Part shown: positions 48,986-61,402 of the stretch, one piece after another
How the letters are laid out: every line of letters begins with the position of its first letter
How positions within the stretch are numbered: position 1 is the stretch's first letter
DNA from: Camelus ferus
Taxonomy: Eukaryota
NCBI RefSeq assembly: GCF_009834535.1
Contig: NC_045696.1
Coordinates: 102,426,001 to 102,490,000, forward strand
DNA length: 64,000 bases
Direction of reading: 5' to 3'
Notes under the pieces: model-generated
Told to the model about the DNA's origin: nothing
Seen by the model: only the letters and a program-made list of their open reading frames with translations
Databases searched by the model: none
Translations under genes and position numbers: made by a program

Positions 48986-49915
48986 TGTTTCCTGATCTTA
49001 GAGAAGTGGCTTTCTATAGGAGACATTCCATGGGGCCCAGCAGCACACTTCCTTCTGGTCCCCGGAGCTATATTCTCTAGAGGTGCCCTTATCTGGGTTC
49101 ATGGGCCTTTCTGTTCTGATGAGGCTGACTACAGTGGACTCACTGGCCATCGAAACTGGCTCAGCCCAGTTGGCTGCCAACTTCTGCCTTGCTTAGTGGT
49201 TGCCAGCCTGCTGGTGGACGAGGCCAGGTCCCCCGGGTGCAGCTGGCTGCATGGTCCAGTGTCTGAGGCTGGTGACGGCCCATGGGTGGTGGGGCTGGGT
49301 CCCAAGGCTGGTGCCAGCCTGCCGGTGGGCAGGTAAGCCCCTGGCATTACTCAGCTATAAAAAGGAATGAAATAATGCCATTTGCGGCAACACAGATGGA
49401 CCTAGAGATTATCATACCAAGTAAAGTAAGTCAGACAGAGAAAAACAAACATCATATGATGTCACTTATATGTGTAATCTTTAAAAAAAAAAAAAGATAC
49501 AAATGAACTTATTTACAAACCTGAAATAGACTCACAGTCATAGAAAACAAACTATGGTTACCAAAGGGGAAGAGTCAGGGGGGAGGGAAAAATTAGGAGT
49601 TTGGGATTAACATATACACACTACTATATATAAAATAGATAAACAACAAGGACCTACTGTATGGCACAGGGGACTATATTCAATATCTTGTAAAAGCCTA
49701 TAATAGAAAAGAATCTGAAAAAGAGTCTATATATATGTATGTATAACCGAATCACTTTGCTGTACATCTGAAACTAAGACAACGTTGTAAATCAACTCTA
49801 CTTCAATAAAAAGGGGGGAAAAACTAGCTGCTCTGTAAGCAGTGGTAACCTTGGTGCGCCTGTGGACGGAGATGAGCTCAGAGTCTTCCTACTCCATCAT
49901 ATTGGCCACATCTCT
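48986..49915 (-). mobile_element. L1 5' UTR fragment (48986-49344 and about 49825-49915) split by a plus-strand L1 3' end
   Basis: The reverse complement begins ...gatggagtaggaagactctgagctc (L1 5' start). ggggcccagcagcacacttccttctggtc is a remembered laurasiatherian L1 5' UTR motif. Confidence 0.65.
49345..49812 (+). mobile_element. L1 3' end (ORF2 C-terminus + 3' UTR)
   Basis: YSAIKRNEIMPFAATQMDLEIIIPSKVSQTEKNKHHMMSLIC in ORF 49282..49506 is the L1 ORF2 C-terminus. Ends cttcaataaaaa. Confidence 0.95.
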
Positions 49916-50281
49916 CTCTATAAATATTTAAATGGCTATTTAAATACCTACATAATATCCTCAATTTACCTCTCACAAAGCCTAAAATATTTACTACCCA
50001 ACCTTCTACAGAAAGAGTTTGCCAACCCCTGTTCTCGATTTTCAGATAGGTTGCTGATGAGTTGCATGCAATTTTCCCTTACTGTTTTAATCTGCACTCT
50101 CTGTTAGCTGTCTCTTCTTAATCCTGTGTATTTTTGCTCTCACACGTCACTTTTGCTCTTAATCAGCCTCATGAAGAGTTTACGTATACATTACCAATCT
50201 TTTCAAAAATCTAGTTTTTGTATTTATTTATTCATTCTGCTCTTTTAGTTTTCTATTTCATAACTTTAGCTTTTGGCTGTG

Positions 50282-50936
50282 TTACCACATTTCATCATTA
50301 TTTTGGATACCACTAAGAAAAATAGAACATTTTCACATTATCTGGGACATAAGGCTTTCTTATCACTTGGAATGTTTATTTTATACTTATTGGATGAGCT
50401 CTTTTAGACTCACTAGGCATACATTTTAATCATATTTATCTCATGCATTCATAAAAGAAAATATAAAATCACTTAAGATACTTCTAAGATGTCTTCTCAT
50501 TGAGAGTCCGGCTCTTTAAAATCACCATCCACTCAGTCATCAATGTCCCAATCTTTCCACACAATTTTGTCCTCTGTGCTGGTGACACAGCATTTCCTAA
50601 AATAGCATTGCAGTGTTGTTTCTATGACTTTCTTCCAAATTGCTGATCTTCATTCTTTAAGTTCTGATGGTAGTTCTCTCTTCCTAGAAGTGCCATTCAA
50701 AGTATTTCAGACATCAACTATTATTCACATCCCTTCTCAAACAGTGCTCAGATGGTTTTGTGACTGACATCCCAGGGGATTTCAATCATACCACCAGGAA
50801 GAACAGCCACGGTCTCACATGCATAGGCAGTAATGAGGTCACACTGCTACATGGTCAATAGAAATTGAGGACATATTCTGATTTGAGAGATGTCAAAATA
50901 AATAAAGTGAGCCTTAGAACAGATGAAATGTGGTAA
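50282..50936 (-). mobile_element. TcMar-Tigger element (Tigger15a-like) with intact terminal inverted repeats; a related MITE-like piece lies at about 61465-61630
   Basis: Perfect 15-bp inverted repeat ttaccacatttcatc (50282-50296) / gatgaaatgtggtaa (50922-50936) including TA. Minus strand reads YFRKCCVT at about 50581-50604 (pogo-type FKKC motif). Confidence 0.8.
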
Positions 50937-51275
50937 TCCTCAGTTCATGGCTTATTTTGATTTATTGTATTTTTTTTAAGATAGGCAATAAGTTTATTTT
51001 TAGTCCTATTATAATAATGAAGATATTTAAGGCTATGAGTTTTTCTATGAGAATAGCTTTTGCAGTGACTATTAGGTTTTAGGATAAAGCGTTATTTTCA
51101 TTGTTTTAAAAAGACTGTAAATTCAATTTTGAGTTTTGATTATACCAAGAATTTTCTATTTATTTTTATTATCCATGCAGTGATATTTTAGTTACTTCCC
51201 AGTCTTTGGGGTTTTTTTTTAATTAACTTTGCTACAATACGACATTTTTCATCTATTATTTCCATTGGAATTAGC

Positions 51276-51487
51276 TTTTTATTTTTTTTTAATTTTTTAT
51301 CAAAGTATAGTCAGTTTACAATGTGTTAATTTCTGGTGTACAGCATAATGATTCAGTTATACATATATATTGCTTTTTCATATTCTTTTTCATTACAGGC
51401 TATTACAAGGTATTGAATACAGTTCCCTTTAGGGCAAAGGACACATACAGATTGAAAGTGAGGGGATGGAAAAAGATATTTCGTGCA
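51276..51487 (-). mobile_element. Young L1 insertion: minus-strand 3' end fused to an inverted ORF2 endonuclease fragment
   Basis: 51276-51427 is poly(T) + L1 3' UTR. 51428-51487 on the plus strand encodes FRAKDTYRLKVRGWKKIF. Confidence 0.88.
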
Positions 51488-52059
51488 GTCTTGGCTTTTA
51501 ATTGTATTGAATTATGACCACACAATTTGCCTTGTAAAATCTCTACCTTTAAAAGGCAGTAAGATGTCCTTTTGGGTAACATAAAACTAGTTTTATAAAT
51601 TTTTATGGACATACAAAAATGTGTAATATTAATCCAAAGAAAACAAGATTAACATTAATTAAAATAAAATTCACTAAGAATAAATCAGTTTGATAATTGT
51701 TTCATTCAATTCCTCACTGTCTTATTTTTTTTTTCCTACTAGTTATGAAAACAAAAAATTAAGCAATTTCAAGAAGCCTAGAGTTTCTGGGTAATACAGA
51801 AACCTAAGTGGAACTGGGGTGTGATCTTTTTTAATCACACAGTCAAGCAGAGCTCACATTCATCATGCAGCCACAGCGTTAGTAGTCAGGCCAGAGGTAT
51901 TTCTGTGGGTTCATGACTGAAAGGGCCATGAAGGGAACGTCTAGGATCCTGGTAATTCTCTGGGGTTTTTATTGTGATTATTATTCCTGAGCCAGTTACA
52001 TGAACATAATCAGTTGGTAAAGCATTGTATGGTTTTTGTACATTTCTTTATATATGTTA

Positions 52060-52214
52060 TCTTTTTTTAATTTTTAGTATTATTGTCACTTTTTAAAATT
52101 CTTTTATTTGTTTTTTATTTTTAATTATGTATTTTTTTAATGGAGGTGCTGGGGATTGAACCCAGGACCTGGGGTCTGCTAGGCACGCACTCTACCACTA
52201 AGCTCTACCCTCCC
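52060..52214 (-). mobile_element. tRNA-Ala-derived camelid SINE
   Basis: ggaggtgctggggattgaacccaggacc...gcacgcactctaccactaagctctaccctccc with a long T-rich tail. Confidence 0.9.
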
Positions 52215-53469
52215 ATCAATTTTTTTTTTAATGTAACCCCAAGGTGAAATTATTTAACGTCGTTTCTTCTTTCTTTCCCTATCCCCTGTTCTCTTCAACA
52301 AACATTGATCGAAAAGAAATATTGATTCCACCTCTAGGCCTGTGTTTGGGAAAACTGCTTCATTTCCTTTCTTCATTGTTCTTTTCCCACATATTAATCA
52401 AGATGGTTTAACCTATGGTTTAACCCAGCACCTCTAGGGCTGAGCTTGCCCACACAAAGCCCTTTACAGATCAGGAGAACTTCCTTTGTCTCATCTTCAT
52501 CTAGAAAACTGCACAGTAGCAGAGAAAGGAAAACCTGGAGAGTCGGCCAGGCTTTGAAGAGCAGGGTCTGCAAGCGGTTACACCACTTCCACCCTCGTCG
52601 GATGGTCAGAACCCAGCTAACTGCCAGGGGCCCGGGGGAAAAGGCGCTCTCTTTTTGCTGCTGGGGCCATGCCTTAGTGGCCTGGTAGCGTGTGTTTCAC
52701 ATGTCAACCCTGCAATCTTCCCAACTGTCCAAGCTATCTCTTAATCCTGCAAACCAGCTCTTAAACTCATGCAACTGGTATCTTAATCCCTTTTCCTCCA
52801 TTGTAAATCCAAACAACGTGTGTAAACATTTTACTTTCAGAAAGCAAAAAGACTCCAGTGCTTGTTTCTAGTTAAGTTCAAAGTGGGAAAGGAAGAGTTT
52901 TAATCATCTATTTACTTACTTAGCACCTCTTATTTTTCTTGGACACTCCTTCACACATGGTCAATTTTGCCTTCGATATTCTCACGTCAGCCAAACAGTA
53001 AAAGACTCAAACTCATGTGTGGCTTGATCATTTTCTCCTCCTACCTATTCAAACCCATCCTCTGGGGCCTAATTTTCCCCCTGCTCATTAGATGAAATTT
53101 AAGACAAGTGTCATGGTTTTATGGTCAAGCATCACCAATTTAAAAAAAAAAAAAGTTTTCCAGCTACTTATAGTCATGAAAATAGTCTTAGTTCAAAAAA
53201 AAAAATCCAGATTTATCGAATTTGAAAAAAAAAGAAAGTAGCCTTAGTTCAATAATTAAAATATCTAGTCTTATAGAATAGTCACAAGATTCGATTCCAT
53301 TTGGAATGAAATCTTCCTGTCAGACATGCTTTGAGAAGGAAATGGATGTGGTTGACTCCTTTTCTGTTTCTCCACCTAGAATTTCTGTTCCCCTCCATTC
53401 TCTGGGCTGTGCTCGCCTCGTCTAGGCTTAGAGAGCAGGGAGAGGCCAGGGGCAAAAACATTCTTATTA

Positions 53470-54102
53470 GACAGATACTGTCATGAGCTTGTGCACGGAG
53501 AAGGTTGATGCCAGCGAGCCTGGACTAAACCTGAGCTGTTTTACTCAAATAAAAAAATGCACCAGTGTGGCACTGACTCCTGGTCCAGGCATGATTAATA
53601 GTGTCACTTTAAAACCATGTGTCTGAGGAGTTTCGGTGCTTTGTACCAGCTTGTCAGCATTGCTTAGTGATAACAGTGTCATTGATGATTTGCACCTGGT
53701 CTTGGTGAGAGCCCCCGAAAGTCTCGGCCATTGAGGCTGGTTGCATAGCAAAAATATACCCAAGTGACAAGCAGAGTATAAGAAACCCTGGTCCAGACTC
53801 TCCACTGGGCTCCCCAGCTCCTATGTATTCTGTGCACACATCAGTGGTTCCTGCACTGAGAGGGCAGGTGCATCCCACCTCGGCCTTCACGGAGAATGAC
53901 GTCTGGGGCTTGTACCTGGTCTCCCCTGACCCCTTGCTGGGAGGCAGCCCTCGGCTGAGATGGATGTCCTTGCTTTAATGCCGGTGCTCAATTTCCTTCT
54001 TCTCCTGCCATGAACTGTAGACAGGCAAGCACTGACAGTTGGGGTCCTGTGAGCCTCCTTTAGTGATCACACCTCACAAGCCGCCATCAGTGCAGTTGAC
54101 AC
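53470..54102 (+). mobile_element. Old ERVL-type LTR (LTR40/41/50-like group)
   Basis: tataagaaaccctggtccagactctccactgggctcccc...tattctgtgcacacatcagtggttcc...gggtcctgtgagcct. Confidence 0.5.
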
Positions 54103-55376
54103 CAGTGTTTCCTAGGATTGGCAGCTGTAGATAACTGATTCTTGGTTTTGAGTGGCAATTTTGTGGGTTCTTCAGAGACTCCTCCTAAGACTGGGTTTCT
54201 CCCATAAACCTGGATGCCGCAGGACCCACCAGCACTCTCGGCTGACTTCGCCCTGCCCTTCCAGGCAACCTTCCTGGTTGGCATCTAAAACAACCCTCAT
54301 GAGCAACATCTGATCAGAAGAAAACGTATCTTCTTGCCCAAATCAGCTTGGAGACAGGAAGCCATCCCCTTTGCAACATCTTTTCACTCCTCTCCAGTGA
54401 AGCGAAGCAAAATTGACCTCTTGCTTTTCTGATTTCTCCAGCGTGGCTCAAACATCAATCGGTTAGGACACATGTCAGACTCACTGGGGGTCCATTGAAG
54501 ACCTTCTTGAGGTAAAAGGCTTGAGATAAAAGAAAAATCTTCCACTTTTCCAAATAAAACTATCCTAATCTCTGTTCAATCCTTTCATATCCTTAAAGGC
54601 AGAGGGGGTAAGAGTTCCAAAACTGATTTTGAACTTCCTGGCAAGTCCTGCGTGGTGGCTTCATACCACACTTGGTTGCATAAGTTCATATCATCATCTT
54701 GAAGCCCTGGCCAAAACTGATAGCAAAAAAGTTCTGTATTAACACCCTATTACACTGGCATTAATGGGAACTCAGGATTTGAACCCACATCTACTTGATT
54801 CTAAACTTCATATGCTTTCTACTAAGCCAGAAAACATCTATCTGTGTGAAATTAAGGATGCCATTTAGAATTTATTTAGTACGTTTTTGATAGTCTCCAT
54901 TTTGGTCCTGGGGAAAAAGCGTCTCTAAATATGTGTGGCCGCATCCTCCCCTTTTTGGTGATTTTTGTTCACTTTACCAAGAGATGGAAAAAAACAAAGG
55001 AAGCTATTGGCTTCTCTTTCCTTGGTAAAGTGGAAAATTTTAATTAGCTCCTCTACTCAAGGAATTATGCGGTTTTAACCACTGTCAAACTGTAGTCTTG
55101 TGGCATCACTCTTTCCTTAGAGAAATGGGGAGGTAAGGTGGAGGACAAAAGGAAAAAATACTTTCTCAGCAAACGCTGGGAAAAAGCACTTGAAAGATTT
55201 TTGCCAGTCACTGACGCGGAAGTCTGGGGTTTCCCAATTTCCACTTCCGAGGGGGGGCCATATCAACAAGTGTGTAAATCTCTTCACATCCTGTGGGTGT
55301 CGTTGTTGTAGAACTTGTGGGCAGTCACTTCAGGGCTTTCTGACTCCCCTTCTCACCCTGAGCTTTGGCCACAGGA

Positions 55377-55686
55377 TCAACAGACATAGAAAACAAATTT
55401 ATGATTACCGAAGTGGAAAAGAGTGGGGAGGGATAAATTAAGAGTTTGAGATTAGCAGACACACACTACTATATATACAATAGAAAAACAACAAGGAACT
55501 ACTGCACAGCACAAGGACCTATATTCAGTATCTTATAGTAACCTATCATGAAAAAGAATATTAAAAAGAATCTATATATATAGATTTATATATATATATA
55601 ATTTATATATAAAAAACTGAATCGCTGTGCTGTACACCAGAAACTAACACAACATTGTAAATCAACTGTATTTCAATTTTTAAAAA
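55377..55686 (+). mobile_element. L1 3' UTR
   Basis: cagacatagaaaacaaatttatgattacc ... gctgtacaccagaaactaacacaacattgtaaatcaactg. Confidence 0.92.
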
Positions 55687-55887
55687 GTGTAAAAGTTTCT
55701 CTTTACCCACCTCTTAGAAAATCAAAGTTAGAAGCTTGGCCATATACTTTCCCACCTTTCTTCATGATCATTTCAACATTTACAAATATATGTGCATATG
55801 TACAAGGCAGATTCTTTCACAACTATTTCTTAATCATATCCTACTATACATATTACTCTACAACTGTATTTTTTTTCCTGCTTATAT

Positions 55888-56370
55888 AAGGTATTAATTG
55901 AGCGGTAAGTCTGGCTGCAGATAACAGAGATCCAAATGAAGAAGACAGAAGTTTCTTTCTACCTGACTTAACAGTTCCTGGGTAGCTAGTCAAGGGGCCT
56001 TCTGGAGCTCACCCCAGGCAGTGGGCCAGGCATCCAACATTTTCTGTCTTGTTACCCACCCTCCCCACGCAGTACCCCTCATCCACATGGCCTAAGTTTG
56101 CCATCACAGCCACGTTCAGGGAATAAGATGGAGGAAAGAGGGAAGAAAGGACACGCCCCGCCGCCCTCCTTTCCAGAACACAGTACAGAAATTGCCCATC
56201 TCACTGGCCCTCTAATCTCATTAACCTGGACCTGGTCACATGGCTACACCTTGCTGCAAGGGGAGCTGGGAAATGTAGTCTTTCTGCCTGGCAGCCATGT
56301 GCCCAGCTAAAAATCATGGAAAGGGATAGATTTATTTTGGGGAAGATGGTGTGGGGGAGGTAACACACAG
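55888..56370 (-). mobile_element. MaLR LTR (MLT1J-like) within L1ME remnants
   Basis: ggtcacatggctacaccttgctgcaaggggagctgggaaatgtagtcttt...ccatgtgcccagctaaaa. Confidence 0.8.
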
Positions 56371-58779
56371 CCTTTGCCCCAGGTGGAGCTCTTACTATAA
56401 TACATGTCACCCATTTTAATTACCATTCTTTTTAATACCCCATCATTCTTTTTATTAGTGGCTCAACTCTCTAAAGTGTGGGTGTGTCACAGTTTATCCA
56501 ACCATCTTATTTCTGAAAATGTGCACTCTTTCCCGGGTTTTGCTGTTTTCTCTTTGCCATGACAGGCCAGAGTACTTGAATTTGAGTGGAGGTTTATCAA
56601 ACAAGTTTAAATAAACGTGTCACATTTTAACTCTCGTTGACAGGCAGGTGGAGGGACCACTGTCTCTGCTTCTCTAGTGAAGCCCATCGACAACGGGTGA
56701 TGAGACTCGTGTCAAAGGCCCCTTGCTATCCCCTGTCCCCGGGTGTTTGTTATCCCCTTCTCCGCTCAAAGAGCTGCTGAAGATCACGCAAATGGAACCC
56801 GACATCCGTACTTAGCTCAGGGAAGGCTGCCTTCAGGGAAGAACAATGCCTTTGCTTATTTCCCTCAGATAATAGGTTGTGAGCTGTACTCTGGGAGGTA
56901 TGCCCTTCAGCTTAATTAAGCCTTCAAAGCTGAGGGTTTGTAGCTAGGGGATTCCTGGCAAGAAAATGGCTTTGGGTGAGAACAGGGATTCTCTGTAACC
57001 TGAATACACAATGATAGTGCAGTTTTGGGGGGAAATTCAAAGAAAAAAAATGAAAAGGAGCAGGGAGGGAGGAAAGAAGGAAGGAACATTTTGCAGCAAC
57101 AGGTGGGCACCAGAAGTATGTTCGGGAAAGTGGGTCTCTGCCTGGTACGTCTCTTTGGTTTGAAGTCACAGAAAATAACTCACGCGGGCTTATAGGTAAG
57201 GGTAGTTTATAAAGAGAGAGGAATATTCAGGGAGCAAAAGGAAGGGAGGATCAGGGAGAGGTGGAGGCCAGAAAGGAGGAAGCTCTCTGAAATCTTCTCT
57301 TTTCCCTCTGAAGACCAGCCTTTGGTGCTTTCTCTGCACGTATGAGCAGGAAGTGAGCGTATCCCAGCTCCTGAGACTCTGTCCTCTCTCCTCAAAAGAC
57401 CAGCCCAGACTGACCGGGTTTCATTCTCAATTCCAAGTTCCCAGGAGAAGAAATACCGTTGGTTCAGCATGGATCAGGTGCCCCACTTTTGTTTCAACCA
57501 ACCGTGGCCAGAGAGGCAGAGTCAGGCAGTACAAACCTGGCTGGCAGGACAAGAGCCTGTGAGTCAAATCTAGGACTTTATTTTCTCTATGAAAGCATGT
57601 TATTGTGAGCCGGGAAGAGAGCCAAAGTACCTAATCAAGTTGAGGACAAAACCAACTAGCTACTCAAGTCTCTTAATAAGGGAAAGATAAGATATTCTAC
57701 CTCAGATAATGTGAATTGCAGTGAGAGCCTGGCCATCTCTGGACAGGATTCTTGGATTCACAATTCCAATTACATAGTTGAGGATGAATTATAACTGATA
57801 CAACAGTTCTTGTCCACAAGATGTGCAAACCTTAGCATCCAAGCCAGTAGATCAGAAAAAGGTCATCAGTTATTGTACCATCATCTGAACACCACTCCAT
57901 CCCCTGAGAAGGGAGATTTGGCGTTTTCTCGCCACACTCAGACCCAACTATCAGGAGAGTCATTTCAGCCTTAGGCATATGACGACCTACCTGCTCCTAG
58001 GATGGTGTAAGCCAGTACAAAATCAAGCTCAGAAAATGACAGAGAAGTTAAATTTAGGAATGACACTTCCCACGTACAGCGTGGAGGGAGCTGCTTGAAA
58101 CAGAGACAGGAAATGTTCTTCGGGACCGCAGGGCACAGCTCCTGGCATGACTCCCATGTTGAAGATTTGGAACATGGAAACAAGAGGATTGGCTTCTGTA
58201 CCACCACACTGACCTGTTCTGCGGGCAAAGCAGCTCCCCTTGCCCCAGGATCACTCCTGAGGAAGGACTCTGCCATCGGCAGGCATGGGGAAGGGATGCC
58301 CAGTCCTCGGGGGAGGAGCCGGGAGGCACATCACAGCATCCCCCATGTAGATCAAAGAAGAGAACTGACTGCACAAACCTAATCTTCTAAATGCACTTAT
58401 TAATAAGAATGAGATTCTGGGAAAGCGTAACTACGTTCCAATAAGATTTAAAGACCTGGCCGGTATGCAACAACGGTGGGACAGAGAGAAAGACAACAAA
58501 TATCAAAAGCCTCAAAGCCTCCAAATCTTAAACTCTCATGACCAGCAAGAGAAACTGTTAAAAAGTGGACCCAGCCAGGACCATTGACCACAATTCTGGT
58601 TTAAATTATCTTGAGCTTAAAAAGAATCCACTGGTGCCTCCCAGAACCTGCCATCTCAGTGAGTCTGGTAAACTTCCACTGCTACCCTGGGAAGATAAAA
58701 GTATACAAGTGAGAATGAAGACAGAGATATGGATAGAAACAATACAACATTGAAATGAGTAGTGTACGCATCCTGAGAG

Positions 58780-58950
58780 ACAGCAAGGTCCTACTGTAGA
58801 GCACAGGGGACTATAGTTAATACCTTGTAACAGCTTATGATGAAAAAGAACATGAAAAGGAATGTGTGTGTGTGTGTGTAACTGAACCATTTTGCTGAAC
58901 ACCAGAAACTAACACAACATTGTAAACCAACTATACTTCAATTTTAAAAA
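58780..58950 (+). mobile_element. Short L1 3' end with internal (TG)n
   Basis: caaggtcctactgtagagcacaggggactat ... aactatacttcaattttaaaaa. Confidence 0.9.
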
Positions 58951-60307
58951 TTGTGTAATCGTAACAATAAGGTCTACAATCGTTGTGCTGTTCTGAGTGT
59001 TTTCTCTCTCTCGGGGTGTTTAGATCATTTAAGAGAATCCTGATACTTTGGACTTGTGAAGATTTACTGTGTGAAAGTGTTCAATCAAATAACTTTCTAA
59101 GTTTGTGGAGGGGGGAAATATCTTCTCAAATTCCTACATTTTGACATTAAATTGCATGTAAATATTTAGAAGAAGATTAATTATTTAATCATTTTAATGC
59201 TTATTGTTTTATAAAGTCAAAAAAGTGAATAAACTGAGCATGAAAGGAAAGGTAGGTAGTAGTGAGTGTTCCTCTGCAAGCAAAAAAAAGCCTTTCACAT
59301 ATTAAGTCATAGAGATGATATCACAAATTGTGCCCCGGGGTTGGCAGAGAAGACATAGTTTGATCGATGTTGGTATTGCTGTAGCCATAAAATTCCCCAT
59401 ATTCAAAAGACAGTACCCAACAGAAGACAATTCCAAGCTAAATGTAAGTAATTGGGTATTGTCCACAGCTTCTACCTTCTTCTAACTGTCATGTCCCATT
59501 TGCCAGACAATTGTGGGCTGACTCTACATGCAAATAGTGATGAAGTTCTCTTGATTGGCCCTGATACAAGAGTTCTTTATCTCATCCTTAATCAACTCCT
59601 TCCATCCTTTGCTCTTCCTGGAAGGCAGCAGATAGACTGTGTTCCAGGAGCCCAGCAAGTGATCATCTGGAACTGGTAATTATTTGAGACTTTATCCAAA
59701 GTCATTTCCACCAGGAACGTTGCTTTCCTTCCAGGGTGGGAGAAAATCAGGAAAATCAAAGCAAATTCAGATTGATGTTTGTGTGATACAATAAATAGAA
59801 AACACTAGACTCCTGACACTCCAGAGAAGCCAAGAACCAGGCAAAGATTCAGATTTTAAAACCAATTCCTTCCCAAATATGTTTTTAAGTACTCGGGCTT
59901 CCAAAATGCATGCTGTACACTCAAAACAACTCCCCTGGAAGTATTCAAACAGACCCTAACGAGCTGACTTCCTTTTCTTCATAAAGCATGTAAGCTGTGC
60001 ACCGGCAATGGGAGATCTCTGTCACTGGAATAATAACCTCTCTTGGAAGTTTTCAGTCCTCATGTAAAATGTAGGTGTGAGAGATTCCAGGCTTGATTCA
60101 AACCCACTTTAATGTCCAAAAACGTGAGCGCACAATGCCTACTCCATTCCCACAGATTTGTTTGTGTTTGGGGGTTTTCTATTTTGTTCTGTTTTTTCAG
60201 ACTCTTCATTTCCTTTTCATTTTCTGTTGAGTTTATATTTACTTTTCAAGACACTTTCCTGAGCTAGCTTGTCAGCAAGCATCATCCAAGTTGGCTGGAG
60301 CTGCCCA

Positions 60308-60319
60308 AGAGAGAGAGAC

Positions 60320-60352
<33 letters not shown>

Positions 60353-60378
60353 GACAGGGAGAGAGGGAGAGAAAGAGA
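60308..60378. repeat. (AG)n/(AGAC)n microsatellite
   Basis: Directly visible. Confidence 0.95.
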
Positions 60379-60662
60379 GCATCCCGGAGGGCTGCTACTG
60401 AAACTGACCACCACCCTCCAGCATTTCCGCCTTCCCAACAGATACACAAAACATGGAGACTGTCCCCTGGAGAAAGAATTTTCTTGTCCTCCAAGGAGAT
60501 GTTCCATAAGGTGCCGTGAAGGGGAGGAAAGATCTCTGGTCTCCAGAAGCTTGGATTCCAAGACCAGCACTGCCACTAGCTGGCCGTGTGACCTTGGGCA
60601 AGTCCCCTCCCCTTTCTGTGTCTGCGTCCTCTCTGGCACAATGAAGGCACAAGATTAGATCA

Positions 60663-61062
60663 TGTATTAAGAAGTCTGACTGAACAGCAGCAGTTGTAAT
60701 TGACAGCTTTTAACCTCATCCTTCCCACTTCCCCTTCTGCCCCACATCTGGAAAAGCTGAAAAGAACACCCAGATGTTCCCTCAGGGGAGTCTCAAGTCA
60801 CTCAAGCCTCTGCCGGCCACATGGGAACCCTCACCCCCCTCCCACCCCCTAACAGCCATAAAAACCCCAAGCCAGCTCCCTAACCCTGCGCTCTCAGGCT
60901 ATTTTGGAACTGCCTAGGACCTACCCTGCCTTCCCCAGAGAGCCTCACTACTTGGGCAGCAAACTTTTTGTGCCCTCCTGCTATGTGGCATGTAATCAGT
61001 CTCAGAATCTGAACCAAATTTGGGGTTGAAGTCCATCCAGTTTCTGCAGGGTGGTCACAACA
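60663..61062 (+). mobile_element. ERVL LTR (MER54/MER74-like)
   Basis: cataaaaaccccaagccag...ccccagagagcctcact...gaaccaaatttgggg...gggtggtcacaaca. Confidence 0.75.
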
Positions 61063-61094
61063 GCCCGTCTCTGAGATCTTGGTTCTAAGGCAGG

Positions 61095-61402
61095 AGAAAC
61101 GTTAACATGAGCTGCCTGTGGAAATTTAAAGTTTCTAGTAGCCAATTTAAAAAGTAAAAAAAAAAAAAAAAAAAAAAGATGAAATCAACTGTTTATTTAA
61201 TTCAGTACATCCAAAATATTATCACTTCAACATGGAGTCAATAAAAAAGTTCCAAGGGGAATCTTAGCATTATTTTTTCCATTTGCAAGTCTTCAGAACC
61301 TGGTGAGTGTTTTGTGCTGCAGCACATCACAACTTGGACTAGCCACATTTCAAGTGCTCAAAACCCACATGGGGCTGGTGGCTACAGTTTTGAACAGCAC
61401 AG
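61095..61402. mobile_element. MER33-like hAT-Charlie element
   Basis: tttctagtagcca...ccaaaatattatcacttcaacatg...ggactagccacatttcaagtgctcaa...gtggctac. Confidence 0.88.

Larger units (their letters stand above)
47100..51760 (-). mobile_element. Old L1 (L1ME-like) ORF2 scaffold carrying nested insertions (L1 3' end about 48070-48545, SINEs, L1 5' UTR, MER58-like piece about 49960-50031, Tigger)
   Basis: T-rich minus-strand ORF2 remnants (gggatctgtttctgaattgtc...tatgcctgtatcagactg; atatttaaggctatgagtttttct). Confidence 0.65.

Noticed and set aside
48986..49812. Second twin-primed L1
   Set aside because: The minus-strand 5' UTR resumes after the plus-strand tail (about 49825-49915), so it is a nested insertion.
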